Origin: Eledone cirrhosa
Lineage: Eukaryota
Reading direction: 5' to 3'
DNA length: 64,000 bases
NCBI GenBank assembly: GCA_964016885.1
Contig: OZ024741.1
Location: 58,094,001-58,158,000 of the forward strand
The notes under the pieces are model-generated. The model made no database searches, was not told where the DNA came from, and worked only from the letters and a program-made list of their open reading frames with translations. Made by a program: the position numbers and the translations under genes. Position 1 is the first letter of the stretch. The number at the start of each line of letters is the position of its first letter. Positions 51,562 to 64,000 of this stretch are shown one piece after another.

Positions 51562-52756
51562 TATGTGTGTGTGTATATATATATACACACATACACATAT
51601 ATTCATAATTTCTATTTTTACATAATGTGTGCATTTGTCTATCTATACGCAAATGTATGTCTATCATCATCATCATATGTCTGCTTTCCATGTTTATATT
51701 TATCTATAAACCTTCAATCGTAATGTTATATAAGAATCTTAGTTAAGCTATGCTCTGAACACTAGTTCAATAATGACAACATTAGTTTGTTTTACTAGAT
51801 CCCACAACATTCTCGATTCATTTTCAAAATTTATTGGCTGTGTCTTTCATTAGAAATATGGTAACAAAAGGGTTAAATGTCTTCTTTTCTGTTATGGCAA
51901 CATGGGTATATGGGAAAATAATATAATAATAAAAAAAGATAAAGGATTATTGATGATTATTTTCCTAGCTTACAATCTGATTTTAACCTCACTGCCAGAT
52001 AATTTTGGTTAGTTGGTTGGTTGTTTTAACTTTCTCTCTATGAAATTAACCTTCTGGCAGCAGCCACAGCCAATAAGGAACAAAAGATTTAATGTAAATG
52101 TTTGACAAAACAACAGTAAAAATCAATTCCAAAATGGAAGTCATGTAGTATTGATAAACATTAATGTAAACAGTCTTATAGATTATCAATAGCAATATTT
52201 TTCTAATGAGTTCAGGGCAAAACTTTGGCAAGACATTACATTACACATACACACACACACAAAAGAAATACTATTACCACTGCTGCTATATATTATTAAG
52301 TTAGTTATGAAATAATTTATTAGTGAAGAATATTCAATGACTTTGATGATAGTAGACAGGAAAATAACAGTTAATCTTTCACAACACTTATCATTACAAT
52401 ACAATATACAGTTATTGAAGTAAGCATCATTACAATACTAAAATAGAGAATAGCTAAAATAAGGGCTTCAAAAGAGTATAATATAGTTTTATACCACCAT
52501 ATAACTGTAAGATAAAACAAATAATATAACAGTAGAAATAACAGTTAATATTTAACAACATTTATCAGCATCCAGCCCACACTGTAAAGGGGTCATGTAG
52601 GAGTCACGGCAAAAAGCACCCTGAATACACTGTAAATGTGGTTGGCATTAAGAAGGGCATCCAGCTGTAGCAATCTAGCCAGAAACAGTTCTGTATGAGC
52701 AGGATACAGTCACCTGACCCAACCTGTTTCAAATGGAATAACCTGTCTAACCCATT

Positions 52757-54640
52757 GTCCTTTCTGCTCAAGAAATGTGAACATAATTGGTTCACAGGAG
52801 GATAGGAATATAAACCTAAACCATAGCTTCTTTGTGAATGACCTGAAACTCTATGCCAAGAACATAAATGGAATGAAGAAAGATAAATGTTCATATATGA
52901 TTGTAAAGCAACATGTTTATCAATGGCATAACTATTTCACTGATATCTGTCGAAGACTGCTACAGATACTTAGCAATAGATAAAAATATATCCTATGATG
53001 GTATTTGTAACAAGGAACGTGTAACCAGGGAATATAACACCCCACCCCACCCCACCCAAAATAATATGGTCTTCTGAACTCTCTGTGCACAATAAATAAG
53101 TAGCCAACAATCTGTTTGCTGTGCCTGTCCTAACACCAACATTTGGAATATTTGATTGGATACTAGATGAAATCTAAGTCATCAATGTTAAAATACCCCA
53201 AATCCTAACCAACATCGGAAATTTCCACATCAACAATGACATAGACTGCCTCTACATAAAATGTAAACAGGGAAGCAGCGTTTTAACATCAGTCCAGACA
53301 TATCATATTCCTACAACAACATCTCTGAACTACCAAGCATAGGAGCCCATCTATTGAACAAGTCTGTCTATATAAGATAAATAATTGTTTCTACTTTTGA
53401 CACAAGGCCAGCAATTACCCAGTGCATTACTGGTACTTTATTTTATCGACCCCGTAAGGATGAAAGGCAAAGTTAACCTCGGCGGGATTTGAACTCAGAA
53501 TGGCAAGGGCCGTAACTCTATACATCAAAGCATGGCGTCCAACCCTCTACCGATACTGCCAGTCCATCGCACTATATAAGATAAATAATATCAAGAGAAT
53601 TGGGATGGAGCTCCTTGAGAAATACTCAATGCATGATAACCAAACATTCACACCTAGGGAAACTGCAGAGCAATAATCCATGGATGAAAAACTGCATGCT
53701 TATCAGCAAAATATCATACCCCTCCAGCAGCATTTACGAACCACCAAGTGTAGGAGCCCATCTATTGAGCAAGTCAGTCTACTCCCGGCATGATGATCAA
53801 AAACTCACACACAAGGAAATTGCTCAGCAATACCACAGTGAATCAGTGGATGAAAAGCTGTTTGCTTATCAGCAAAACATAAATGCATGGATATGTTGCC
53901 AGGAGGCTCCAAAGTGAGAGTAATATAGATAAGCAAAGTAGTCTATCTTGGACCAACAATCGTTATATTGGCTCCCACTTTGAGGGATACGCTTTTGCAA
54001 TCCAATAACTGATTCACAAAAGAGATAGGGATGCAGGCAAGACACCTAGATTTGACAACAGATGCAGACTCTGCAGAATTAACATCAAAGATGCCACCCA
54101 TGTCATAAGCAGCTGTCTAAAGATGTCATCACGGTACTATCTACCCATGAGGCATAATGTAGTGGCCAAAACACTATTCAATGCAATTTGTAGAAAAGAT
54201 AGTCCGACGATAAACATATTTAAAGTTACAGCAATGTGGAAAACATTTTCATACACAATATGAAAGAGTACTGGTGTAATGTTCCAGTCAAAACCCCAAT
54301 AAAATGCAAACATAAACCCAAATAGTGATATGGGACAGAAAAAAGAAGGCATACACTGTAGTGGAAGTCAGCTGCCCAGTAAATGTCAATATAATACTAA
54401 TGATCAGTGAAAAAGAAAACGTTTATGCTGAACTACTGAGGAACTACAGATACTCCACCCTGACTATACCTTTAGATTTATACTGTGTCCATTCGGGCCC
54501 TTGGAAACGTTACTAACTGCATCATTACAAAACTTGAGAAGCTGGGCTTCACAGAACAAGAAAGAACACGGCTAGTTAGGAAGTTTCAAGTACAGTCGAT
54601 TAATGGAACTGTAAAAATATGTAATTCAGTATATAATAAC
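52757..54640 (+). mobile_element. Decayed R4/Dong-like non-LTR retrotransposon (RLE type)
   Basis: NHSFFVNDLKLYAK (RT), AVPVLTPTFG, CRLCRINIKDATHVISSC (CCHC), RHNVVAK, and IWDRKKKAYTVVEVSCP..EKENVYAEL (restriction-like endonuclease). Confidence 0.88.
53386..53571 (-). mobile_element. Family 1 SINE inserted in the R4-like element with an 18-bp TSD
   Basis: CTATATAAGATAAATAAT at 53368-53385 and 53572-53589. Confidence 0.93.
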
Positions 54641-55796
54641 TGCTTATGCACATGTATAGGCACAGAAACATATGGATGTGTACACATATATTTCAAAACA
54701 TGCAGATCCACACATACAACATCTATACCTGCACACACACATATAGTTATCTAGTTGATGTCTAATTCCCATTGAAAGTATCTTGTGTCTATATTATAAA
54801 GTCTCTCTCTATTGGTGAAAATTTATAAAATAATAAAACCAAAAGAACATACACACATATATATACATACATACACACATATATATACATACATACATAC
54901 ACACACATTTTTTCTACAGATACATGACATTGTACAAGAGACAATACTATGATTGAAACTTTTAACTGGATAATGAAAGTATTTCCAAGTAATTGATCAC
55001 TAATTGATATATGTTTGGAACAAATTTAATTACCAAAGTTGTTTGAATAAATTCTGGCTCTCAATGAGCTAATCTTTGACTTAAACGTTGTCACTTGTTT
55101 CATACAAATTAAGTTTATCGAAATTCCTTTTTATCTCTTGCTGTTGTGAATTAAGAATAAGGAAAATATAATGTTTGCTGAAGCCACTTCAATTTCTTAC
55201 TATTAACTACTTCAAAGACAATATATAATATTCTTAAGTTTTTTTGGCAAGCAGTAATGAAAGATTGATCACCTTTGTATGATCTACTTTAACCCTTTTG
55301 ATAGCAAAAAACCTAAAACCACCCAGTTCTATGATACAGAGATATTTGTTTCAAATTGTTTATAATTATCTAAAAACTTCCCATTATAATTTTATGTACT
55401 AGAATTATTTTCAACACGCTGACGAATGTATAAGTATATTGTTATAAACGCTCGAATTTATATATAGATTGTACACACAAGTGTATTGAATGTTAGAAGC
55501 TGTTTTCTGTAGTTTGTCATCACTCCTTCCTTCCTCAATCATCTCTAGTGTGTGATGGAAGGACAGACAGTTGGAAGTTGATGAAATTTATAGAAGAAAC
55601 TTTGCTTCAAACAACAGATTAAAAATGAGAAAGTTATATTACTAAATCTCTCCATAGATGAGGTAAATCGACTATGCTCTGAAAATGGAGAAATATTGGA
55701 GGTTTCAAATTATAATTTCCATTTACTTAAATTTGATCATTAAATTCTATTTTGTATTTTTTAACATGACCACAGGAATCATTTTACTGGAATGTA

Positions 55797-55990
55797 GGCT
55801 GGAGGATTGGCAGTATCGGTAGAGAGTCGGACACTATGCTTTGCAGCAAAGAGTTAGGGTCCTTTATGGTCTGAGTTCAAATCCCGCCGAGGTTAACTTT
55901 GCCTTTTATCCTTACGGGGTTGATGAAATAAAGTACCAGTAATGCACTGGGATAATTCCTGGCCTTGTACCAAAAGTAGAAACAATTATT
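55797..55990 (+). mobile_element. tRNA-derived SINE, family 1
   Basis: Well-preserved copy with A box, B box, core and tail. Confidence 0.9.
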
Positions 55991-56433
55991 ACTTGAATTT
56001 TTTTAAATGTTTTTAAATAAACATGTAATTAAAATCGTTATATCTTTAAAATTAAATACTTCATGAAATATCAATTAAACACATATACTCTCATGTGGGT
56101 AGGAGAGTTTATTTTCTACATTGACACCTTATAATCTACAGGATGTTATGGTTGAGCAGTCCAAAATAGGTTCTGGTTGTGTAGATCAGGGCATTTGACC
56201 ACTAGCAACAGAATTATATTACACTGGTCAGCTTAGATTGTGTGTCCTAGGAAATATGCCTCTTATGTATTTCTACACACTGAATCCAATTTGTTTTCGG
56301 AATTTCTCTCACCCATGGTTTTCTTACCCCGAAACAATAATGGTCAATTATCAAACCCAATTAATCTGCAAAACTGCTGATGCTGATTATCTACCAATTA
56401 ATCAGTGCAATCCTAATATATATATATATATAT

Positions 56434-56946
56434 TGCCTTACCTAAATACAAAGTAAAACCTACTACAGTCAATAGGCATCTCTAACAAAACACACTCCCG
56501 TCCCACCTCCCCCACCCCATCCACACCGCCCCTTTCAATGTAAAGTTAAGTTTGTGCCACAACATCCAGGCTGAAACAAATGAGATCGTGTAGGTGTCAC
56601 GACAAAAAACACACAGTCCACGCTGTAATGTGGCCGTGTAGGCAACACGGTAAAAACCTCCCAGCCCCACACTGTAAATGTGGTTGGTGTTAGGAAGGGC
56701 ATCCAGCTGTAGAAAACCCGCCAGACAGTCCACGCTGTAATGTGGCCGTGTAGGTAACACGGCAAAAACCTCCCAGCCCCACACTGTAAATGTGGTTGGT
56801 GCTAGGAAGGGCATCCAGCTGTAGAAAACCCGCCAGACAGTCCTATGCGAGCAAGACAATCACTCTTGCCTCAAGTGGGAAAACCCCCGTCCAAACCCAT
56901 GCAAGCGTGGAACACGGACGTTAAACGTTGATGATGATGATGATGA

Positions 56947-56950
<4 letters not shown>
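56434..56950 (+). mobile_element. RTE family A 3'UTR-only insertion with an internal ~112-bp tandem duplication
   Basis: Starts at GCCTTACCTAA and ends GGACGTTAAACG(ATG)n. (TA)n on both sides. Confidence 0.92.
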
Positions 56951-57014
<64 letters not shown>

Positions 57015-57846
57015 GTGTGTGTGTGTGAGTATGTGTGTGTGTGTGTATGTGAGTATATGTGTGTGTGGGGGGGGGGGGGGGGGGGGGGCATGCCATATAG
57101 TATTTTTCTTTCAGTACCTTTGAATCTACACTAAATTTCATTCCAGCATCAATTGTTTTGTTTATTCTTTTTGTTTTCTTTCTAGATCCAGCAAAGTAAT
57201 TAGAATTTTCTCCTAATAAACTCTTTTTCTTGTTTTTTCTTTTATTCTATTTATTTATTAATTTTTTTACTTGAAGCCATATTCACCCACCTACACACCC
57301 CGACTCACTTTCCAACTATATGTTTTTTCTATTACCTTAGCAGAGCCATCCAGCCATTCTTAGTGTTGTTTCACGCTGTAGGTTGTTACTACTATACTTT
57401 GAAATATTTCGGTTTTCTTAATCAAATTTCTAATTTCAAAATTTATTTTATAATATATTTTTTTTCCTCTTTTCTTCTACCATACCTTTTTTTTTTTTCA
57501 AAATTTATGTTTTACCATACATTTTTTTCCCTCCTTCCACTACCACGTTTATTTATTTATTTATTGGCAAAATCTATATCAAAATAATCAGCTTTTGTCT
57601 TTTATATAGATGACAAATTTGTAAACGCAATTTCCAACCAATTTCCAATGGTACTATCATAAGCAATCTCTCTATATAAGTAATGTCAGTAATAGCAAAA
57701 AGAAAATAACAAAAAAAGCTAATTTTTTTTTTATTCAAAAACACGCACTTTCTGGGAAAGAAGATAAAACAGAAAAATTAGACACTTTCGGAAATCTTTT
57801 GATCTCAATTTTAAGCAATTTTAGATTACATATTTGAGAGAAAAAT

Positions 57847-57877
57847 ATGTCTAATTATATTCAAGACAGGGACGCAG
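57847..57877 (+). CDS. Possible first coding exon segment of an unknown host gene (MSNYIQDRDA+1)
   Basis: ATG at 57847, strong CAG|GTAAGG donor at 57877/57878, candidate acceptor TTTTATATAG at 57609. Non-repetitive context, but no homology support. Confidence 0.3.
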
Positions 57878-58673
57878 GTAAGGTTTGTTTGTTTTAGTTA
57901 AAAATGGATACAGGCATAGCTTTGTGGTGAAGTAGTGTGTGAGATTTTATTACATGGAAGCCATATATAAGGCAAGTTTAGATATATGTGTCTGTGAGTG
58001 TGTGTGTGCATTTTTACATCCCATTTCTGTTAAAATCTATACTATTTGTGTACAGATATAAATTCAGCTGCTTAGTATACAATAATTTAATCATCATCAT
58101 CATGACTTTTTAATGTCTATTTTCCATGCTTGTAAGGGATAGACAGATTGTCAAATACTCAGGCTTGACTGGTCAGGTGACCATGTCTTACTTGTACATT
58201 CCATTTTTGGCTTGGTTTCTACAGCTAGAGGCCTTTTCCTAATGCCAACCACTTTATATCAAGCAGGGAGCAGTTTATCATGACACAGATAATATTGCTT
58301 GACAGAGTGTACTGTGTTTTTTTATCATTGTAGCAGCATTATCTACTTACAGAGTGTACTGGGTGCTTTTTTATCATCCACCCAGTACAAACAGTAAATG
58401 TGGTTGGCATTAGGAAGGGCATCCAACCATAGAAACCAAGTCAAACTCAGTTCTGTGTGAGCAAGACATGGTCTCTGACCTGGCTTGTCTTACAATGGAA
58501 CAGCTCATCTAACTCATGCTAGCGTGAAAAATTGACGTTAAATGATGATGGATGATGTTGATGATAAATATTATATATATATATATATTTAAATTTATTT
58601 TATTATAATTGCAAATAATTCAGGCATCAGGTGTTTCATGCTAAATATTCTCTTTTAAGCTCATGTGTGTGAG

Positions 58674-58880
58674 GGGGAGCATTAGCAGAGCTATTAGAGT
58701 GACAGGTAGAATTCTTTGTGTTATTTATAACAGATTCTTGTACTTTGAGTTCAAATCTTACCAAAATCAACTTTGCTTTTCATCCCTTCCAGATCAATAA
58801 ATAAAGTTTCAATCCAGAGTAGTGGATTGGCACAATTGCTAGAGTGCCAAAGATACCATTGTGGTATCTGTTTTTATTGT
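58674..58880 (+). mobile_element. Decayed family 1-like SINEs
   Basis: GAGTTCAAATC..AACTTTGCTTTCATCCC and a second head GTGGATTGGCAC. Confidence 0.6.
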
Positions 58881-59461
58881 TTGCATTCTGTGTTCAAGCT
58901 TTTCTTTCGTTGTAATCTCATCGATATTAAGGTTCTTGCAAAACACTGACATCAAGTCCACCAGTGTAAAACAGACAGACAGTCAATGGTATGGAATGGT
59001 TTCTTAAAAGTAAATGCAGAGTGCAGCAGGATTTTTATGCCATATACATGTATCTTTGTTTCTGTGTGTATCCAGTTTAGAATATGTACCATCATGTCAC
59101 TCTGTGTCAGAAGAAGTACCTAAAGGGGGTGGCATGAGGAAGGGTATATAAGATTTGTCATGTCTCTCAACCCTGGTACAAAGCAAACTCCTGTTTAAGC
59201 AGGGAGAATGACATCAAAACTTTTGTTGATATATGTGTATATCTTTCTGTGATATAGTTCAGCACAAGGTGTAAGAAATGACTAAAACCAAAACAAAAAG
59301 AAACTAAAACAAAACACTCCAAAAATGATAAAGCAGTGCTTTCAAACAAAAACACACTTGTGATATTTATCAGTGAAACCATCAGAAATGCAGTGAACCA
59401 GTGAATGTCTCATTGAAAGATATAGCCAACCATGCTATTGTTCAGAATATGCTAGATAAAA

Positions 59462-59492
<31 letters not shown>

Positions 59493-60114
59493 GAAAAAAG
59501 ATGAAATAAGCAAGAACACAAAGATTCTCACATTTTTTGTCCACCATTGAGGTGTGCCATCTTTTTGTCACTCTCACAGACACACTATCACACACACACT
59601 TCACACAAACACACACAATGAATCATTTGTCATTAACTTAGCTATGGAAACTATTATTCTTTTCTCAAACAATGTTCATGTTGTATACTTAGCGCAGTGT
59701 TTGTTTAGGTTTAATGACAAAAGCTTAAGGTTTACCATTATTTTTATTATTTTTTCAAATACAAAACCTAAATAGCCTAACAATAATATTACTGTCCCAA
59801 TTTTACATTTCTCATAATTTTTCTGAGTCATTAATCATTGTCAAATATAAACTGTTCTCTGTTTATATGAACAGGCATAAAAAGGATCTACATCAACTTT
59901 AACGATGATCATTCTAGTTGATTGATCAATGTAACAGCCTGCTTATAAAACTGAAGTGCAAGTAAATGAATATTCCACAAACACAATACTCTTAGCATAA
60001 TTTTCAGGGAGATTCGGCATGACACTGTGTGTGACAAGGTTGACCCTTTGAATTATATAGACATAGTCCATCTGACAGGCTTCCAAACAGTTTCTGTCAA
60101 GCCAATTTGACTCA

Positions 60115-60550
60115 TTCACAATTGGCACTCAGATGGACAGTGGCTGTTTGTATATCTGTGTTTTCCTGGTTCAGCTTCTGGATCTGTGAGCCACAGACAT
60201 GTCACTGCAGATCCATGCAACGAGATCATAAAGCAAGACTTGGATGCCACAGGCTTCCCTTCCAGGGTAAAGCCAGCAGGCTGGCTTGACTGAGGAGATG
60301 ACAAAAAGCCAGACAACATAATAATCTTCCCATTCCATTGTGGTAAGCCCCTCATCTGGGGTGCCACATGCAGTGACAACTTTACCAGCTGCAGCCTGGT
60401 GCATTCAGCAACTAAGCCATGCTTCATTGCTCATCAGGTCGAAGAAAGCAAACTGTAGGTGTATCGGTTGCTCTGATTGGTTTGTGGTTGAACCTGAAGA
60501 CATGGAGATATTCAGTGTTTTTAGACACTGGATTATCTCCCTACTTAGAG
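60115..60550 (+). mobile_element. Decayed CRE-like non-LTR retrotransposon, RLE 3' fragment
   Basis: LALR..ICEPQTCHC, NEIIKQDLDATGFPSRVKPAG, GDDKKPD, GKPLIWGATCSD and EESK. Confidence 0.7.
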
Positions 60551-62288
60551 GCAGGCTTGGGTTGACCTGAGGCTATGATAAATGACATTTGCCCAAGATT
60601 CCATGCAGTGGGATCAAACTCAGTACCTTATGATTGCAAAGCAAACTGCTTAACCATTCAGCCATGTTATATCCACTTGAACAGGTCTAGAACACAACTG
60701 ATATAAAAGGCCTAGCCTTTTGTTTTAACTACATCTGAGTGGTTAGAATGTAGGCCTCACAATTGTAGAATATTGGATTCCATATCTAGACCAAGCTTTG
60801 CTCCAGTCTATTCAGTGTAGAAAATGAAAACCAGCAGCAGCTGTTGGTAAACTGTTCAATGATTAGGCAGCACATCCTGAGAGGAGTCTTGTCTTATCAG
60901 TTACTTAATGCCATTGAAACTGAGATAAGTTTCAGCTTGATGAGCTTGTAAGCTTAAGACATACTTCAATTCAAATTTTTAACATCCAACTAAAGTTAAT
61001 TATCTGAGATCTACAACCATCTCTCAAAGTCTGACTTAATCATGGTTGTATTATCGATTTCCTCATTTTACATCTACTTTCTATGCTGGAATGTGTTGGA
61101 AGGGTTGTCATGATCCAAGACCAGACAGGTCAGCGTCACCTCTCTTATACATTCCATATTTGACATGCTTTATACAGCAAGATGCCCTTCCTAATGCCAA
61201 CCACCTTACAGGGTCTACTGGGTGTATTTACATGGCACTACTACTACGTCTTTACAGAGTGGACTGGGAGCATTTTTTTGTGACACAGACACACTTTTCA
61301 AGAATGTACTGAGTGTGTTTGTTCATGGCAACAACACTACACTTTACAGTTTAATAATGAGAAAATTCGTTATATGACTAAATTCCTCCAAAACAATTTA
61401 AACACCATAGGTAGAAATATGGTAACGAAAGTTTTAAATACGTACACATATATAAACTACTTCACTTGTTTTTTGTTTTAAAAACATAATTAGTAGAAAC
61501 AGAAATATAAAAAAGAATAAAAAAATAGTTAAACTTAGTCAAAGATCATAAGGTAATATTTGTTGACTAACCTTTGAAAACACTAATACAATAGAAACAG
61601 CTTGCAGACTTGAATTAAAGTCGCTAACTCCAAATTGTTCCAATTTAATCTCTAATTGATGTTTTTATTCATTAATGTACTTGGAGAGAGAAACAGAGAG
61701 ATAGGCACAGAGGGAGCAAGTGAGAGAGAGTGAGGAGAGAAAGAGAGAGAGAGAGGGGGGGGGTGATGAATAAGAATAGAAATAAATAGGTAAAGTATAA
61801 ATAATTTACTGAAAATCAAAGACTGTTTTGAAATTTATTGATTTATGTACACAAGTACTCATATAAAGACACGTGTATATATACACACACATAAACAAAC
61901 AAATACATATATATATATATACATACAAGCACAACACACATAAACAAACAGACTCACATAAACACACCCACACACACAACAGGCACATGTCACATACACT
62001 CTTGCTCAACAGGCACAAACAAATGTCCACAAATACACCACACACATACACAACATTTAAAATAAGATGTATTTTTGGCAGCTAAGGAAATATTTTTTCA
62101 AAACATAGAACTGTAATGCAAAGAATGCTTATGGAATATCGTATAAAACTACATAAGCTAACTTATATGTGGGAGAAAAATACATGTATATTTTATATAT
62201 ATATGTGTGTGTGTGTGTGATTCCCAGTTTCAATCAGGGGTAACCACAGTAAATAAGGTACTCAATACATTAGTACAGTGTATACAAC

Positions 62289-62410
62289 AAAATTTAATAT
62301 AGAAATGGCTTCTGCAGGACTAGAACGGTTTCATTCAAGCCCTTTTCCTGATGATTTCCTTTGAATGAAACAGTTCTAATCCTGTCGAAGCCATTTCTAT
62401 ATTAAATTTT
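62289..62410. repeat. Foldback with ~50-bp arms and a CTGATGA..GAAAC relic
   Basis: AAAATTTAATATAGAAATGGCTTC...GAAGCCATTTCTATATTAAATTTT. Confidence 0.9.
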
Positions 62411-62468
62411 ATTATATATATATATGAAAATATTCAGAACCCTGACAGCTGCGCTCCAGCCGTTTCAA

Positions 62469-62525
<57 letters not shown>

Positions 62526-62605
62526 GTATAGTGGTAGCTCTGGTGCTTCCGTAGGCGGTATGCCAAAATTAGCACTCGATATTCATCAAAGTAGAGTGTA
62601 GATAT

Positions 62606-62957
62606 TATATTATAAAGAGAACGAAAAATCAGTGATGCATCTGGACTTAGTTTATTTTGTGTTACAAATATTTCGCCGGCATGTAGCTCGAGTCATGGTT
62701 CTTGTATGGATCTGGCTGATTCTACTTCTGCGGGTTCTTTCAGACACGGGTGTTATGTCGGGAGCAAATTTTATCATGTGATATAATGTGATAAAATTTG
62801 CTCCAGACATAACACCCGTGTCTGAAAGAACCCGCAGAAGTAATCAGCCAGATCCATACAAGGACCATGACTCGAGCTACATGCCGGCGAAACATTTGTA
62901 ACATGAAATAAACTAAGTCCAGATGCATCACTGATTTTTCGTTTTCTTTATAATATA
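62606..62957. repeat. Near-perfect palindrome with ~170-bp arms
   Basis: TATAAAGAGAACGAAAAATCAGTGATGCATCTGGAC...GTCCAGATGCATCACTGATTTTTCGTTTTCTTTATA, centred at about 62782. Confidence 0.95.
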
Positions 62958-63178
62958 TATATATATATATATATTTATAAAAATAAATAAATATATATAT
63001 ATATATACCAGAATGGAGGCAGTAAAAACCAGTTAGACCATTACTCCCCAGAGTACTCGATACTTGGGGTAGTAGATTGGGTAATATGTAACATTCGGAA
63101 CTCCGATGGTTGAGCTCCTGCCGTTTCAACAGCTAGATCGGAGATGGCTTGCCTATTCAGTGTTATTATAATGGCACA

Positions 63179-63368
63179 CGGTGAATTGACAGTATCAGTA
63201 GAGGGTTGGATGCCATGCTTTCCAGCATAGTTACGTCCCTTTACGGTTTGAGTTCAAATCCAGTCGAGGTTAACTTTGCCTTTCCTCCTTATGGGGGTCG
63301 ATAAAATAAAGTACCTGTAATATACTGGGTAATTGCTGGCCTTGTGCCAAAAGTAGAAACAGTTATTA
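63179..63368 (+). mobile_element. tRNA-derived SINE, family 1
   Basis: A box, B box and core. Flanked by TTATTATA.TGGCACAC on both sides (probable TSD). Confidence 0.9.
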
Positions 63369-63587
63369 TAGTGGCACACCATCCTCAAATGTTATATATA
63401 TGTGAGTATATATGTGTGTGTATGTGTGCATGCGCGCGTGTATAAATACATATATAGTTAGGGAAGTAGAAAATTGCTTATTGTAATCCAGTTCGTGGTT
63501 AAAATAGCCAGTTTCAGTGACGGTTTCAATGTACGGTTAGGGTAACTCCACAAGTTTGTAAGAATCACGTTCAATCTTGGAGTATAA

Positions 63588-63678
63588 AGAATAAAAGAGA
63601 AAACACAGGTAAGCATTAAAAAATACCTGGATAAAATCCTTTTTTTTTAATGCTTACCTGTGTTTTCTCTTTTATTCT
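63588..63678. repeat. Foldback with 36-bp perfect arms
   Basis: AGAATAAAAGAGAAAACACAGGTAAGCATTAAAAAA / TTTTTTAATGCTTACCTGTGTTTTCTCTTTTATTCT. Confidence 0.92.
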
Positions 63679-63681
63679 ATT

Positions 63682-63760
<79 letters not shown>

Positions 63761-64000
63761 AATAAATGGAAGCAATAAAGCAAACAACACAGTACAATGA
63801 TGAAATATATTAGTTTAACGTTTGATATAGTAGGAAAAGAATCTTTATATTTCAGACATTAGTCCTTCATCAAATGAAATAAAAAGATAGAAAGTGAGAA
63901 GAGGATGGAACAGAAAAAAACTTTATTCAGAAAAAGCATGTGTGTATTCAGTCAGCCATTTTAGAGAAAAAAATATATATCTGCTTAGTAGTAGACACAC

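Noticed and set aside
63838-63875. Minus-strand hammerhead-like TTGATGAAGGACTAATGTCTGAAA
   Set aside because: The core C is mutated and there is no stem I. At most a decayed relic.

Overview
AT-rich eukaryotic DNA made mostly of repeats. The SINE, RTE and microsatellite content suggests a coleoid cephalopod, probably Octopus (inference). No intact host CDS is visible, and the window reads like a giant intron or intergenic region. Non-LTR retrotransposons: a near-intact RTE LINE with three C-terminal C2H2 fingers, several copies of a second RTE family with a PHD finger inside ORF2, two Rex3/Expander-like RTE relics with 5' inversions, and Tx1/L1-like, R4/Dong-like and CRE-like relics. Other mobile DNA: two Penelope-like GIY-YIG elements (one with inverted pseudo-LTRs, each holding a minimal hammerhead ribozyme), many tRNA-derived SINEs, TTAA-flanked and Tc1-like MITEs, and a non-autonomous Helitron. 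Main leads: (1) a nest of retroelements built on (TA)/(TACA) microsatellites at 11.6-21.7 kb; (2) short TA-embedded motifs sharing a CUCGA stem-loop; (3) a cluster of foldbacks at 62.3-63.7 kb; (4) a minus-strand recursive-splicing-type site followed by a stop-containing cryptic exon at 49.4 kb. The long YI/IY/CV-rich ORFs are microsatellite artefacts. All coordinates were counted by hand and are approximate.
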